Part shown: piece after piece, positions 17,285-27,573 of the stretch
Layout of the letters: each line of letters begins with the position of its first letter
How positions within the stretch are numbered: position 1 is the stretch's first letter
Source of the DNA: Chloroflexota bacterium
GTDB taxonomy: Bacteria > Chloroflexota > UBA11872
Assembly: GCA_022821645.1 (NCBI GenBank)
Contig: JAJEDE010000010.1
Coordinates: forward strand, 60,124-124,123
Length of the DNA: 64,000 bases
Direction: 5' to 3'
Position numbers and translations under genes: made by a program
The notes under the pieces: generated by a model
What the model saw: the letters and a program-made list of their open reading frames with translations, nothing else
Told to the model about the DNA's origin: nothing
Databases searched by the model: none

Positions 17285-18642
17285 CCGACCCGGCGCGCGT
17301 CTCCGTGCCCGCGGACGCGCTCCTGACTGACCTGTATCAGCTGAGCATGATGCAGGCGTACTGGGACCACGGGCTGACCGAGGCGGCAACCTTCGACCTG
17401 ATCTGCCGCCGGTTGCCGCCAAATCGCAATCTGCTGATCGCCTGTGGGCTGGAAGCGGCGCTGGAATACCTGGGGGGTCTGAGCGTTTCGCCGGCGGACC
17501 TGGAGTACCTGGCCTCGACCGGTCGGTTTTCCAGGGACTTCCTGGACAGGTTGGAACGGCTGACATTTCAGGGCGATGTTCGAGCCGTGCCGGAAGGGAC
17601 GCCGGTGTTTGGCAACGAGCCGATCCTCGAGGTGACCGCCGCGCTGCCCGAGGCCCAGATCGTGGAGACGTACCTGCTCAGCGCGATCCATCACCAAACG
17701 ATGGCCGCGTCCGCCGCATACCGGCTGGCGGCAGCGGCCAAGGGAACCCCGGTGGTGGACTTCGGGACTCGACACACGCAGGGGGCCGCAGCCGGTGTGG
17801 ACACGGCGCGCGCGGCCTATGTCGCGGGCATGGCCGGAACATCGAACGTGGCAGCCGGGCGGCGGTTCGGCGTGCCGGTCAGCGGCACGATGGCGCATAG
17901 CTACATCCAGGCGCACGAGCGCGAGTCGGACGCGCTGGCCTCATTTGCGACCACTCACCACGGGACCACGCTGCTGGTTGACACGTACGACATTCGCCGA
18001 GGCGTCGGTTTAGTTATCGATCTGGCGGAGCGGTTGGGCAATGGCTTCGACGTGGCGGCTATTCGGATCGACTCAGGCGACCTGGGGGCCAACGCGCGCA
18101 TGGCGCGGGAGATGCTGGACGGGGCAGGCCTGGCTTCGGTTCGCATCATCGTCAGCGGCGATCTGGACGCCGAGCGGATCGCGGCGTTGGTCGACGCCGG
18201 GGCGCCGATCGACGGGTACGGCGTCGGCACAGCGCTGGCCGTGTCCACGGACGCGCCCTACCTGGACACGGCTTACAAGCTGGCGGAATACGCGGGGCAG
18301 GGACGAATGAAGTTGGCCGCCTCCAAGCGCACGTGGCCGGGGCGCAAACAGGTGTTCCGGCAGTTCGAGAACGGCCTGGCGGTGCGGGATGTTCTCGCGG
18401 CCGCGGACGAGCCGCTCGACGGCCGGCCGCTGCTCCAGCCGGTGATGACCGGCGGCCAGCGGCTCGACGGCACACAGCCCAACCTGAAGGCAATTCGGCG
18501 ACATGCCAAGCAGTCGCTCGCTGAGCTACCGCAACGCGTGACCGGCCTGGCTCCGGCCGAGCGGCCGTATCAGGTCACGGTCAGCGACAGACTAATGCGG
18601 ACAGCCGAAGCGCTGGAGCGCCGGCTGCGGGCCGGGGCGTAG
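17281..18642 (+). CDS. pncB: nicotinate phosphoribosyltransferase
   Basis: 453 aa. TDLYQLSMMQAYW at the N-terminus and a GTMAHSYIQ motif. Translationally coupled to pncA. Confidence 0.9.
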   Translation: MTDPARVSVPADALLTDLYQLSMMQAYWDHGLTEAATFDLICRRLPPNRNLLIACGLEAALEYLGGLSVSPADLEYLASTGRFSRDFLDRLERLTFQGDVRAVPEGTPVFGNEPILEVTAALPEAQIVETYLLSAIHHQTMAASAAYRLAAAAKGTPVVDFGTRHTQGAAAGVDTARAAYVAGMAGTSNVAAGRRFGVPVSGTMAHSYIQAHERESDALASFATTHHGTTLLVDTYDIRRGVGLVIDLAERLGNGFDVAAIRIDSGDLGANARMAREMLDGAGLASVRIIVSGDLDAERIAALVDAGAPIDGYGVGTALAVSTDAPYLDTAYKLAEYAGQGRMKLAASKRTWPGRKQVFRQFENGLAVRDVLAAADEPLDGRPLLQPVMTGGQRLDGTQPNLKAIRRHAKQSLAELPQRVTGLAPAERPYQVTVSDRLMRTAEALERRLRAGA

Positions 18643-18656
18643 CCGACCTCGTCGAG

Positions 18657-19166
18657 CTACGCCCCGCCGTTCGCTGACTGGCGACCCGCCAACTCACGGT
18701 CAAGGATCAACAGGGCCGCGCCTTCGTCACCGGCGATCTTGACCTGGCTGAGCAGCGTGCGGAGCGTGTCTTCTTCTTCGGTCTGCTCGTCAACGAACCA
18801 GTCCAGCATCGCCTTGGCCTGGAAGTCCCCCTGTTCCAGCGACCGGGCATAGACGGCGTTGATGGAGCGCGTGGTGCCCTGCTCAAGATCGAGCGCGCTG
18901 GCAATGACCGATTCGGGCCCGTCATATTCGGTTTCGGCCTGGTCCAGCCCGCTCAGCGTGACCGGGACATCGCGCGCGGCCAGGTGTTCGTAGATGCGCA
19001 TGCCGTGGCCCCACTCTTCCTCGCTCTGGGCGCGCATCCAGCCAGCGAAGCCGCCGAGGTCGAGCGTCTCGAAGTAGGCGGCCATGCCCAGGTAGACATA
19101 GGCCGCGCTGAACTCGTGGTTGATCTGGTCATTCAGCGCCGCTGCCAGACTCTTTCTCATGGTCAC
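18657..19166 (-). CDS. ftn: ferritin
   Basis: 169 aa. LNDQINHEFSAAYVYLGMAAYF and EEEWGHGMRIYEH are ferroxidase-centre motifs of non-heme ferritins. Confidence 0.9.
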   Translation of the reverse strand: MTMRKSLAAALNDQINHEFSAAYVYLGMAAYFETLDLGGFAGWMRAQSEEEWGHGMRIYEHLAARDVPVTLSGLDQAETEYDGPESVIASALDLEQGTTRSINAVYARSLEQGDFQAKAMLDWFVDEQTEEEDTLRTLLSQVKIAGDEGAALLILDRELAGRQSANGGA

Positions 19167-19354
19167 CGCCGTCCCCTCCCGGAAGTCAGACGCTGCCTGG
19201 AGCAGCGTCCAATTACATTCATTAGGCGATCATACGATGAGCCTTAGCATTGGCTAATGGTCCAAAAAAGCCCGTGCTAATCTTACGTATACCGACCGGT
19301 TAGAACACCAACAGATACTAGACTTGCCGCGTTAAGTTGTCAATTAGCTGTGAG

Positions 19355-21826
19355 TCAATGCCTGCAGATGCGTCTGAAACGACGAAGGCGGAGGGAGTTT
19401 GCGACGACCGAAAGGTCGCTGAAGGCCATGGCGGCCGCGGCCAACATGGGACTGAGTTGAAGCCCCCACACGGGATACAGCACGCCGGCCGCGACCGGAA
19501 TGAGGGCCACGTTGTAGGCGAAGGCCCAGAACAGGTTCTGCCGGATGGTGCGCATGGTGGCGCGGCTGAGGCGTATAGCGGTGACCGCATCGTCAAGGTT
19601 GCCGCGCACCAGGGTGATGTCGCCGGCTTCCATGGCGATGTCGGTTCCCGTGCCCATCGCGATGCCCAAGTCGGCCTGGGCCAGCGCGGGCGCGTCGTTG
19701 ATGCCGTCGCCGACGACAGCCACTCGATTCCCCGCAGCCTGCAGTTCCCGTACGATGGCGGCCTTGTCGCCGGGCCGAACTTCCGCCCGCACCTCGTCCA
19801 CTCCGACCTGCCGAGCGATGGCCTGTGCCGGCGCGTCGCGGTCGCCGGTGACCATCAGCACGCGCAGGCCAAGGTCTTGCAACTCTGCAATCGCCGCAGA
19901 GGCTTCGGAACGCGGCGCGTCGGCCAGCGCTACGAGGCCAGCCAGCTCGCCGTCGACTGCCGCGTAGACCGCCGTTCGACCCTGTGCAGCCAACTCCTCG
20001 CCGCGGTGCGCCGCGGATTCGACCGGCACACCGGCGTCCGCCAACAGGCCGGCCGTGCCCACCAGGACCTGGCGTTGGTCGACCACCGCCTGCACGCCGC
20101 CGCCCGTTACCGACCGGAATTGGCCGGCCTGCGAAAGTTCAATACCGCGTTCAGCGGCGTTATGGACAATGGCCTGACCGATCGGGTGTTCGGAGTCACG
20201 TTCGGCCGAGCCGATTAGGCGCAGGATTTCCGACTCGGGCTCGCCGTTGAGCGGAATGACGTCGGTGACCTCGGCTCGGCCGCTGGTAATCGTGCCGGTC
20301 TTGTCCAGCACCACGGTATCGACGCGTCCGGTCGTCTCCAGCGCTTCGCCGCTGCGCACCAGGACGCCCATCTCAGCGCCCTTGCCGACGCCAACCATGA
20401 TGGCCGTGGGCGTGGCGATGCCGAGGGCACAGGGGCAGGCGATGAGCAGCACCGAAACCATGGCGACCAGCGCGTAGGTAAACCGCGGGTCCGGACCAAC
20501 GGCCAGCCACACGCCCAAGGTGACCAGTGCAATGGCGATGACCGTCGGTACGAACCGCGCCGCGACCCAGTCCGCCAGCCGCTGCACCGGCGCCTTGGAG
20601 GTCTGGGCCCGTTCAACCAGGGCGATGATCTGCGCCAGCATCGAGTCCTGGCCGAGGCGAGTGGGGCGAACGCGCAGGCTGCCCGTTGTGTTGAGCGTGG
20701 CGCCGATCACCTGGTCGCCAGGCTTCTTGTCCACCGGAATGCTCTCGCCGGTGATCATCGATTCGTCGATCGCGGACGCGCCCTCGAGCAGCTGGCCGTC
20801 CACCGGGATCTTCTCGCCAGGGCGCACCACGACCACGTCGTTATGCCGAACGTCGTCCAACGCGACCTCGAGGGATTGCCCGTCCCGCTCAACGCGAGCC
20901 ATCCTGGCCCTGAGGTCCAGCAGTCGCTGGATAGCCGCGGAGACTCGAGCACGGGCGCCCATCTCGAAATAGCGGCCAAGCAGAACCAGCCCGATGATGA
21001 CCGCGGAGGCTTCGAAGTAGTGCACGTCCGCCCCGGCCACATCGCTCAGCAGCCCCGGCCACACCGTGACAACCAGGCTGTAGCCGTACGCGGCACTGGT
21101 TGCGATGGCTACCAGCGTGTTCATATCCGTGCTCGCACGCCGCGCCGCCAGCCAGGCGCCTCGGTAGAACGACCAGCCGGACCAGAACTGAACCGGCGTC
21201 ACCAGGACCAGCACGACCCAAGGATTGCGCAGGATGTCTGGCGCCCACGGGATGAACTCCACCGCCCCCCACATCGCCAGCGCACCCACTGCCAGCGCGA
21301 AGGCGGCCTGGATTCCGAGCCAGCGACGTTCGCGCCGGCGGCGTTCCTCCAGCCCTCCGTCCGTGGCGGCAGCGCCGGAGGATGTTTCGTTGGGCGCGTC
21401 GGTTTCGAGCACGCTGAAGCCGGCACGCTCCACGGCCGTCCGCAGCACGCCATGCTCGGCCTGGCCGAGGGCGTGACGTACCAGGGCCTGGCCGGAAGCC
21501 AGGTTCACGGATGCGTCAAGCACTCCGGGAACATCGCCTATGGCTTTCTCGACCTGGCCCACGCACGACGCGCAGTGCATGCCCTCGACCTGAAGCGTTC
21601 GTTCGGCCGCCGGGACTTCGTAACCCGCAGCCTCGACGGCAGATGCGACCGCCGCTGCGGTGAGCTCTTGGTCGGAGCGGACGGTCAGCATCTCGTCCGC
21701 GAGATTGACCGTTGCTTCGGAAACGCCGTCGACTTCCGCGACGGCCTGCTCGACTCGGCTGACGCAGGCGACGCAGTGCAAGCCGCTCAGCGGCAGCGTG
21801 AATGTCCGTTCAGTAGCGAGTGTCAC
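19355..21826 (-). CDS. copA: copper-translocating P1B-type ATPase
   Basis: 823 aa. Two N-terminal HMA domains ([16 protein letters not shown]), plus the CPC, DKTGT, HP and GDGINDAP motifs. Confidence 0.95.
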   Translation of the reverse strand: MTLATERTFTLPLSGLHCVACVSRVEQAVAEVDGVSEATVNLADEMLTVRSDQELTAAAVASAVEAAGYEVPAAERTLQVEGMHCASCVGQVEKAIGDVPGVLDASVNLASGQALVRHALGQAEHGVLRTAVERAGFSVLETDAPNETSSGAAATDGGLEERRRRERRWLGIQAAFALAVGALAMWGAVEFIPWAPDILRNPWVVLVLVTPVQFWSGWSFYRGAWLAARRASTDMNTLVAIATSAAYGYSLVVTVWPGLLSDVAGADVHYFEASAVIIGLVLLGRYFEMGARARVSAAIQRLLDLRARMARVERDGQSLEVALDDVRHNDVVVVRPGEKIPVDGQLLEGASAIDESMITGESIPVDKKPGDQVIGATLNTTGSLRVRPTRLGQDSMLAQIIALVERAQTSKAPVQRLADWVAARFVPTVIAIALVTLGVWLAVGPDPRFTYALVAMVSVLLIACPCALGIATPTAIMVGVGKGAEMGVLVRSGEALETTGRVDTVVLDKTGTITSGRAEVTDVIPLNGEPESEILRLIGSAERDSEHPIGQAIVHNAAERGIELSQAGQFRSVTGGGVQAVVDQRQVLVGTAGLLADAGVPVESAAHRGEELAAQGRTAVYAAVDGELAGLVALADAPRSEASAAIAELQDLGLRVLMVTGDRDAPAQAIARQVGVDEVRAEVRPGDKAAIVRELQAAGNRVAVVGDGINDAPALAQADLGIAMGTGTDIAMEAGDITLVRGNLDDAVTAIRLSRATMRTIRQNLFWAFAYNVALIPVAAGVLYPVWGLQLSPMLAAAAMAFSDLSVVANSLRLRRFRRICRH

Positions 21827-22197
21827 GCGTCCTCACCGTTCCCGTGCCCGTGCAGTTGCAACTCGCCGTGGCCCAGGCCGGCGGCGACTCGCGTGATTGC
21901 TTCGCCGGCCGAGGCCACGCGCCGCAGGTGACCGGTCCCCTTGAACACGTCCATCAGTTCCGCGATCACCCGCTCGCGTTCGGCCGGATCGTCCGAGGCG
22001 ATGGCGGTGGTGACGCAGGTCCGGAGGTGGCGTTCCAGGACGCCGGCGTTAACTTTCTCGATCGCACCCTGGATGGCCAGGGTCTGCTTGAGGACATCCA
22101 CGCAGTAGGCATCGTCTTCGAGCATCTTCTCGACTGCCCGGGCGTGGCCCTGGATTGATTTCCACCGATTGACGAGGTTCCGTGTTTCCCGATCCAT
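21823..22197 (-). CDS. csoR: CsoR-family metal-sensing transcriptional repressor with a His-rich C-terminal tail
   Basis: [36 protein letters not shown] matches the CsoR/RcnR fold with C-H-C ligands. The tail is [15 protein letters not shown]. Overlaps copA by 4 nt. Confidence 0.9.
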   Translation of the reverse strand: MDRETRNLVNRWKSIQGHARAVEKMLEDDAYCVDVLKQTLAIQGAIEKVNAGVLERHLRTCVTTAIASDDPAERERVIAELMDVFKGTGHLRRVASAGEAITRVAAGLGHGELQLHGHGNGEDA

Positions 22198-22231
22198 CGA
22201 CGTTCCCCGGAGCAGCCATCGCTGATTAACC

Positions 22232-22249
22232 CCACCCCAGGTGGGGTGG
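22232..22249. promoter_or_regulatory. candidate CsoR operator (CCACCCCA-GG-TGGGGTGG)
   Basis: A perfect 8-bp inverted repeat with a 2-nt spacer, 35 nt upstream of the csoR ATG. Its G/C-tract palindrome resembles published CsoR operators (recalled from memory). Confidence 0.55.
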
Positions 22250-22360
22250 TTCAGCCGAGCCTACGCAAGCCAGAACGGAAAGCCAAGGTTCGACTGAAGC
22301 CTCGCGACAGCTTCAGTCGCGCTATGTTTCAAGCCAACCAAGGATTCAGGAGTCATCGCA

Positions 22361-23302
22361 ATGGAGTACCGCCGACTCGGCCGCACCGGCCTGCGCGTGT
22401 CGCTGGCGAGCCTGGGGACCGGCGGCCCCAGCAAGATGGGGCAGAACCGCGGGACGACGCCGGACGATGCCCGGCGCCTGACTCGGCGGGCGCTGGACCA
22501 CGGAATCAATTTCTTCGACACGGCGGCCAGCTATGGCGACAGCGAGATCCTGCTGGGACACGGGCTGGCCGGTGTGCCGCGCGACGACTTCATCGTGGCT
22601 ACGAAGTACAGCCCGCTTGCCGACAACGAGTTGAAGAGTCCCGAGGACGTGCAGGCGTCGATCGACAGCAGCCTGGAGCGCCTGGGGCTTGATTACATCG
22701 ACGTGATCCAGGTGCATGGGTTGATGCCTTGTCGGTACGACGCGGTCATCGAGCAGCACCTGCCGGTACTGCTTGAAGCTCAGCGCGCCGGCAAGGTCGG
22801 TTTCCTCGGCGTGACCGAGCAGGCGCATGACGACGTCCACCACGAGACCTTCAAGCGGATGGCCGCCGACGGGCACTTCGACGCCTTCATGGTCGGCTAC
22901 AACCTGCTGCACCAGACGGCCGAGCAGGACGTGCTGGATGCGGCCGAAGCCGCCGACATCGGCTTGATCGTGATGATCGCCGTGCGCCGTGCGCTGGGTA
23001 ACCCAGCGCGATTGCGCGAGGTCATTGCCTCACTCAAGGCCGAGGGGCACCTGGCGGCCGATGCGCTGCCTGACGACGACCCGCTGGGCTGGCTGGTGCA
23101 CGGCGACGTGGAGTCCGTTCCCGAAGCGGCCTACCGCTACGTGCTGGAACCGAGCGCGATTTCAACTGTGCTGACGGGTACGGCCAACCCCGACCACCTG
23201 GACGCCAATGTGGCTTCCATGGCCCGCGGACCGCTGCCGCCTGAGGACCGGGCGCGGCTGCAGTCGATCTTCGGCGGCCTGGCGCTGGGGCTGGGGAACT
23301 AG
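22361..23302 (+). CDS. aldo/keto reductase family oxidoreductase
   Basis: 313 aa. MEYRRLGRTGLRVSLASLGTGG, INFFDTAASYGDSE and YIDVIQVHG. Confidence 0.9.
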   Translation: MEYRRLGRTGLRVSLASLGTGGPSKMGQNRGTTPDDARRLTRRALDHGINFFDTAASYGDSEILLGHGLAGVPRDDFIVATKYSPLADNELKSPEDVQASIDSSLERLGLDYIDVIQVHGLMPCRYDAVIEQHLPVLLEAQRAGKVGFLGVTEQAHDDVHHETFKRMAADGHFDAFMVGYNLLHQTAEQDVLDAAEAADIGLIVMIAVRRALGNPARLREVIASLKAEGHLAADALPDDDPLGWLVHGDVESVPEAAYRYVLEPSAISTVLTGTANPDHLDANVASMARGPLPPEDRARLQSIFGGLALGLGN

Positions 23303-23324
23303 GCCAACAGCCCGATCCGCCGGT

Positions 23325-24317
23325 TCAGTCGATGGCGCCGGTGGCCCTCATGACGGTTTCCTGCACGACGCGCTCGTGCTCGAGCGAGCGTTCCGGCGCC
23401 TGTTCACCGCGCAGGGTGCGAACGAAGGCCTCCAGGCTGGCCACGTAGCGCGGTCGGGCCTCGAGCGTCATCGTCTGCTCACCTTCCAGGAAACCGTCGC
23501 GCGCGCTGTCCAGTGACAGCCGAACGGTCTGCGCCGGTTCCATGGGCTCCATGATGGCCCAGCCGCGCGAACCGTAGACCTCGTAGCGGCGGGGGCGCGT
23601 CGGAACTTCAAGCCCCGCAATATCCACAATCGCCAGCGCTCCGGGGTACTCCAGGACAGCCACGCCGTTGTCCACGAACCCACTCTCGGGCCGGACCCGC
23701 TGCATGAACGGGGTCACCCGGTCGGGGCGGCCCAGCGTCCAGACGACCTGGTCCAGCACGTGACCGCACAGGTCATAGAACACGCCGCCGGCAAAGCTGG
23801 CCAGCAGGGAGTGGGTGGACGGCTCGACGTACGTGGACATGTGGGCGCGGATGGCGAAGATGTCACCCAATAGTCCGCCGCGCGCCCAGTTGGCGATGCG
23901 TTGATAGCCATCGTGGTGGCGGAACATGTAGCCAAGCTGGATGTACAGGTTCTGTTCGGCGGCCGATTCCAGCACGCGTTCCCAGCGGGGCAGATCGTGT
24001 CCGGCCGGCTTGTCCAGCAGGAGGTTGCGCCCCGCCGCAATAACCGCCTCGCCCTGCTGGAGGTTCTCCGAGTTATCGCCCTCGCCCGCAACGGCATCGA
24101 TGCTGTCGTCGCCGAGAACGGCGCTCCGATCGTCGAGCCAGGTCGTCCGGTTCCAGGGCGCGTTGCCGCTGGCTTCGAGTTCCTGCCGGCGGTCAGCGTC
24201 GTCCTCGTAGACGCCCACGACTTCGACGTCCGGATTGTCGAGCATCACGCTCAGCCAGCCCGCCGCGTGGGGATGCTTGGTGCCCCACTGAACCATGCGC
24301 AAAGGTGAAAGACTCAC
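23325..24317 (-). CDS. Gfo/Idh/MocA family oxidoreductase
   Basis: 330 aa. An N-terminal Rossmann fold followed by an LLDKP motif and a C-terminal alpha/beta domain typical of the family. Confidence 0.8.
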   Translation of the reverse strand: MSLSPLRMVQWGTKHPHAAGWLSVMLDNPDVEVVGVYEDDADRRQELEASGNAPWNRTTWLDDRSAVLGDDSIDAVAGEGDNSENLQQGEAVIAAGRNLLLDKPAGHDLPRWERVLESAAEQNLYIQLGYMFRHHDGYQRIANWARGGLLGDIFAIRAHMSTYVEPSTHSLLASFAGGVFYDLCGHVLDQVVWTLGRPDRVTPFMQRVRPESGFVDNGVAVLEYPGALAIVDIAGLEVPTRPRRYEVYGSRGWAIMEPMEPAQTVRLSLDSARDGFLEGEQTMTLEARPRYVASLEAFVRTLRGEQAPERSLEHERVVQETVMRATGAID

Positions 24318-24436
24318 GGGATCAGGCTCCTCTCGCGACGACGTTGGGTCGGATTGTGGATCTGGCTGCCAGCCTAGCTGGAGCGCCGAGTGAATGCGGG
24401 CGCCAACTCGGGACTCGGCCGCGGCCTTCTCGAGAC

Positions 24437-25693
24437 TCAGCCTCGGTAGGGAACCGACTCAAGGTCTTGAATCTGCCCGTCGGCCGTAAAGCGCCAGATG
24501 CCGATGTGGCCTTGCGCGAGGTCGCCCTTGGCGTCCCAGTCAAGCGTGCCCGAGGCGCCGTGGTAGATCACCTTGCCGCCTTGGGCTAGTTCCTTAAGCG
24601 CTTGGGAGATTCCGTCGGGGCCGGCAATGACCGACTGGCCGGGGGCGACGCCGATGGAACGCAGTTGATCCCGGATTTCAGCGCCGTCGATACTGTTCGT
24701 GGCCTGGGCGGCCAGCGCCAGGGCGATGGTGGCGTCGTAGACCTCGCGAACGTATGAGCCCTTTGGCGGCTCCCCGTACGCGTCAAGCCAGGCCGCCGTC
24801 CAGGCGGCTGAGGACTCGCTGTCCGGCTGAACAGCGGTGCCAGCGCCATAGGTGCCAGCCAGCGCGTCAACTCCAATCGCTTCGATCAACTCGGTGTTCT
24901 TGAGCGCGTCGCCAAGTACGAACCGGTCGTAAACGCCGCGGTCCAGGGCCTCGCGAACGGCGGTAATGGCCTCCGCCTGGAACAAGATCACAATCAGGGC
25001 CTGGGCGCCGCCGGCCGCGGACTCGCGCAGAGCTTCGGCGAAGCTGGTTTGGCCAGGTTCGCTGGCAACGGAACGAACCGAGCCGTCCCAGGCTCTTTCG
25101 AAGGCGCTGGCGAGGCCCCGGCCCCAAAGGTCGTTTCGATAAATCAGGCCGACGTTGTCGAAGCCACGCTGCCGGGCAATCTGGGCCAGTACAGGTCCTT
25201 GCGCCAGATCCGACAGCGCGGCGCGGAAGAAGAAATCGTCGTCCGCTGCGTCGGTCAGGCTTGGAGACGTGGCGGAGGGACTGATGAGCGGCACGCGGGC
25301 CGGACCAGCTATCCCTTCGGCCACGGGCAACGCGTTGGCGCTGGTGCTGGGACCGACCAGCGCATGCACGCCCTCGTCCTCGATGAGGCGCCGGGCCTCG
25401 GCCACGGCGGTGTCCGGATCAAGCGCGGTGTCGCCGACGGCGGTCTCAACCGGCCGGCCGAACACTCCACCCGCCTCGTTCAGGTGCGTGACGGCCAGCT
25501 CGAACGCTCGCTGCCGGTCCTGGGCATTCTGGTGCGATCCGGCGCTGATGTATGTCAGCAGCCCGAGTTTCAGCGGTTCGCCAGGCGCAGCCTCGCCGCA
25601 GGCACTGATGACACCGAGTACGAGCAGAAGCAACGTGGCGAACCGAGCGCCGCAGGCTTGCGCACGCCGGAACAGCCAGCCACGTTCAGTCAC
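24437..25693 (-). CDS. ABC transporter substrate-binding lipoprotein (LivJ / branched-chain amino acid-binding type)
   Basis: Signal peptide with lipobox (LGVISAC) and a Peripla_BP_6-like sequence. No cognate permease or ATPase genes lie adjacent. Confidence 0.8.
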   Translation of the reverse strand: MTERGWLFRRAQACGARFATLLLLVLGVISACGEAAPGEPLKLGLLTYISAGSHQNAQDRQRAFELAVTHLNEAGGVFGRPVETAVGDTALDPDTAVAEARRLIEDEGVHALVGPSTSANALPVAEGIAGPARVPLISPSATSPSLTDAADDDFFFRAALSDLAQGPVLAQIARQRGFDNVGLIYRNDLWGRGLASAFERAWDGSVRSVASEPGQTSFAEALRESAAGGAQALIVILFQAEAITAVREALDRGVYDRFVLGDALKNTELIEAIGVDALAGTYGAGTAVQPDSESSAAWTAAWLDAYGEPPKGSYVREVYDATIALALAAQATNSIDGAEIRDQLRSIGVAPGQSVIAGPDGISQALKELAQGGKVIYHGASGTLDWDAKGDLAQGHIGIWRFTADGQIQDLESVPYRG

Positions 25694-25750
25694 GCAAGGC
25701 GTCCGATCTTCGGCAAGCGGCCAATCGGCGATTCCAGGAAAGGCAATCGG

Positions 25751-26638
25751 CTAGAACAGCTTGCGCCCGGGCACATTCACTCGCGTTCGATACAGAGACG
25801 TGCCGGCATTGATGAAGAGGCTTCGGAGGTCAGCGTCCCCCCAGGTGAAGTTGGCAACGCCCTGAGGGACGTAGATGACGCCCAGGCAGGTCGCGTCCGG
25901 CGCGAACACATGCACACCGCCCGGGCCTGCCGTGTACAAGTTGCCTTGCCTGTCAATCTTCATGCCGTCCGCCAGTCCCTCGCGGTCACCAGCGAGTTCA
26001 GCCCAGACGTGGCCACTGGTCAGTCCACCGTCGGCATCAACGTCGAAGACGCGGATGTGCCCGCGCATGGTGTCGTTGATGAACAGCCGCTGCTCGTCCA
26101 GCGAGAACGTGAGCCCGTTGGGCTGGTCGAAGTCATCGACCAGCAACGTAAGGTCCCCGGACTCGGGATCGAGCCGGTAGACGCCGCGGAAGTCAAGCTC
26201 CGCGTCGCGGGCCACTCCGTAGTACTCCATGCGTCCGAACGACGGATCGCTGAAGTAGATCGAGCCATCACTCTTCACGATCACGTCGTTGGGGCTGTTC
26301 AACTCTTTGCCGTCGTAGTGCGAGACCAGAATCGTTAGGGAGCCGTCGTGCTCTGTGCGGGTGACGCGGCTGGTGGCGTGCTCGCAGGTAATCAGCCGCC
26401 CCTGGAGGTCGTAGGTGTTGCCGTTCGCCATGTTGCTGGGCTGTCGGAAGACCTCAATCCCGTTCGCGGGCGTCCATTTGCGAATGACGTTGCCGGGCAT
26501 GTCGCTGAAGATGAGGCAGGTTTCAACGTGGTTCCATACCGCGCCTTCGGTGAAGTCGAATCCGGTGGCCAGTTCCTCAACGGGCGCGTCGCAGCCGACT
26601 ACTTGCCGGAAGCGCTCGTCGCGAATTTCTACGTTCAT
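25751..26638 (-). CDS. SMP-30/gluconolactonase/LRE family protein
   Basis: 295 aa. EGAVW, NSPNDVIV..DGSIYFSDP and PNGLTFS repeats of the six-bladed lactonase propeller. Confidence 0.9.
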   Translation of the reverse strand: MNVEIRDERFRQVVGCDAPVEELATGFDFTEGAVWNHVETCLIFSDMPGNVIRKWTPANGIEVFRQPSNMANGNTYDLQGRLITCEHATSRVTRTEHDGSLTILVSHYDGKELNSPNDVIVKSDGSIYFSDPSFGRMEYYGVARDAELDFRGVYRLDPESGDLTLLVDDFDQPNGLTFSLDEQRLFINDTMRGHIRVFDVDADGGLTSGHVWAELAGDREGLADGMKIDRQGNLYTAGPGGVHVFAPDATCLGVIYVPQGVANFTWGDADLRSLFINAGTSLYRTRVNVPGRKLF

Positions 26639-26690
26639 GGCCGCTCCTTGCTTTGAGACCGCGTGCTTAACTCTCGCGTCGCGTCTTCGG

Positions 26691-27557
26691 TTACTGCTCT
26701 GTGGAAACTACAGGCAGCGCTTCGTTCATGGCGCCGGAGCGGAAGCCCTGGAGATCCAGGGTGACGTAGGTGAAGCCGAGGGACTTGAGGCCGTTGATGA
26801 TGCGTTGGCGACGGTCGGAGTCCTGGGTGAATCGAGTCAGTTCGGATTCGGGGACTTCGATGCGGGCAATGGAGTCGTGGTGGCGGACGCGCAGTTCGCG
26901 GAAGCCTTCGGCGCGCAGCAGGGCCTCTCCGGCTTCGATCTGCCGCAGCTTCTCCACGGTGACCTCGCTGCCGTAGGCAACGCGTGACGACAGACAGGCT
27001 ACCGCCGGCTTGTCCCAGCTGGGGAGTCCGAGACGGCGTGAGAGTTCGCGGACCTCGGCCTTGCGCAGGCCGGCTTCGACCAGCGGCGCGCGGGCGCCAC
27101 GTTCCCGGCTGGCGGCCATGCCGGGACGGAAGTCGCCCAAGTCGTCCACAACCGGTCCGTAGAGCATGTGCTGCACGTCGCGCTCGGCCACGAATTCGCG
27201 AAGCCGGTCGAAGAGTTCGGCCTTGCAGTGGAAGCAACGAGAGCTGTCGTTGGCACGGTAGGCGGGGTTATCCAGTTCGCGGGTCTCGATGAACTCGTGC
27301 CGGATTCCGATTTGGGCGGCAAAGCGGGCGGCATCGTCGCGCTCGGCCTCAGCGAGACTGGGAGACACGGCGGTGACCGCCAGGGCTTCATCCCCCAAGC
27401 TGTCGTAGGCCACCTTTGCCAAAAAGGTGCTGTCCACACCCCCTGAGTAGGCGACGACTGCGCTTTCCAGACCGCCAATGGTCCGCCGCAGGAACTGCGT
27501 CTTGGCCTCGAGCGAGGCCTCGAGGTCTATGGACGGCTGGTAGACGGCGGTTGCCAT
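26691..27557 (-). CDS. larE: LarE-family PP-loop ATP-dependent sulfur transferase (three-Cys, putative Fe-S type)
   Basis: PP-loop AYSGGVDS. It also has ACLSSRVAYG, LRVRHHDSIARIEVP and GFTYVTLDLQGFRSGAMN, which match LarE as I recall it. A CFHC motif replaces the non-Cys residues of the sacrificial L. plantarum enzyme. Confidence 0.85.
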   Translation of the reverse strand: MATAVYQPSIDLEASLEAKTQFLRRTIGGLESAVVAYSGGVDSTFLAKVAYDSLGDEALAVTAVSPSLAEAERDDAARFAAQIGIRHEFIETRELDNPAYRANDSSRCFHCKAELFDRLREFVAERDVQHMLYGPVVDDLGDFRPGMAASRERGARAPLVEAGLRKAEVRELSRRLGLPSWDKPAVACLSSRVAYGSEVTVEKLRQIEAGEALLRAEGFRELRVRHHDSIARIEVPESELTRFTQDSDRRQRIINGLKSLGFTYVTLDLQGFRSGAMNEALPVVSTEQ

Positions 27558-27573
27558 AGCCAGATCCTACGTG

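Noticed and set aside
19355-19380. Direct repeat GTCAAT-N9-GTCAAT at the copA stop codon
   Set aside because: It is short, partly inside the coding sequence, and compatible with chance. No associated function is apparent.
25049-26338. 429-aa plus-strand ORF overlapping the SBP and SMP-30 genes
   Set aside because: It is antisense to two recognisable genes and spans their intergenic gap. No motifs.
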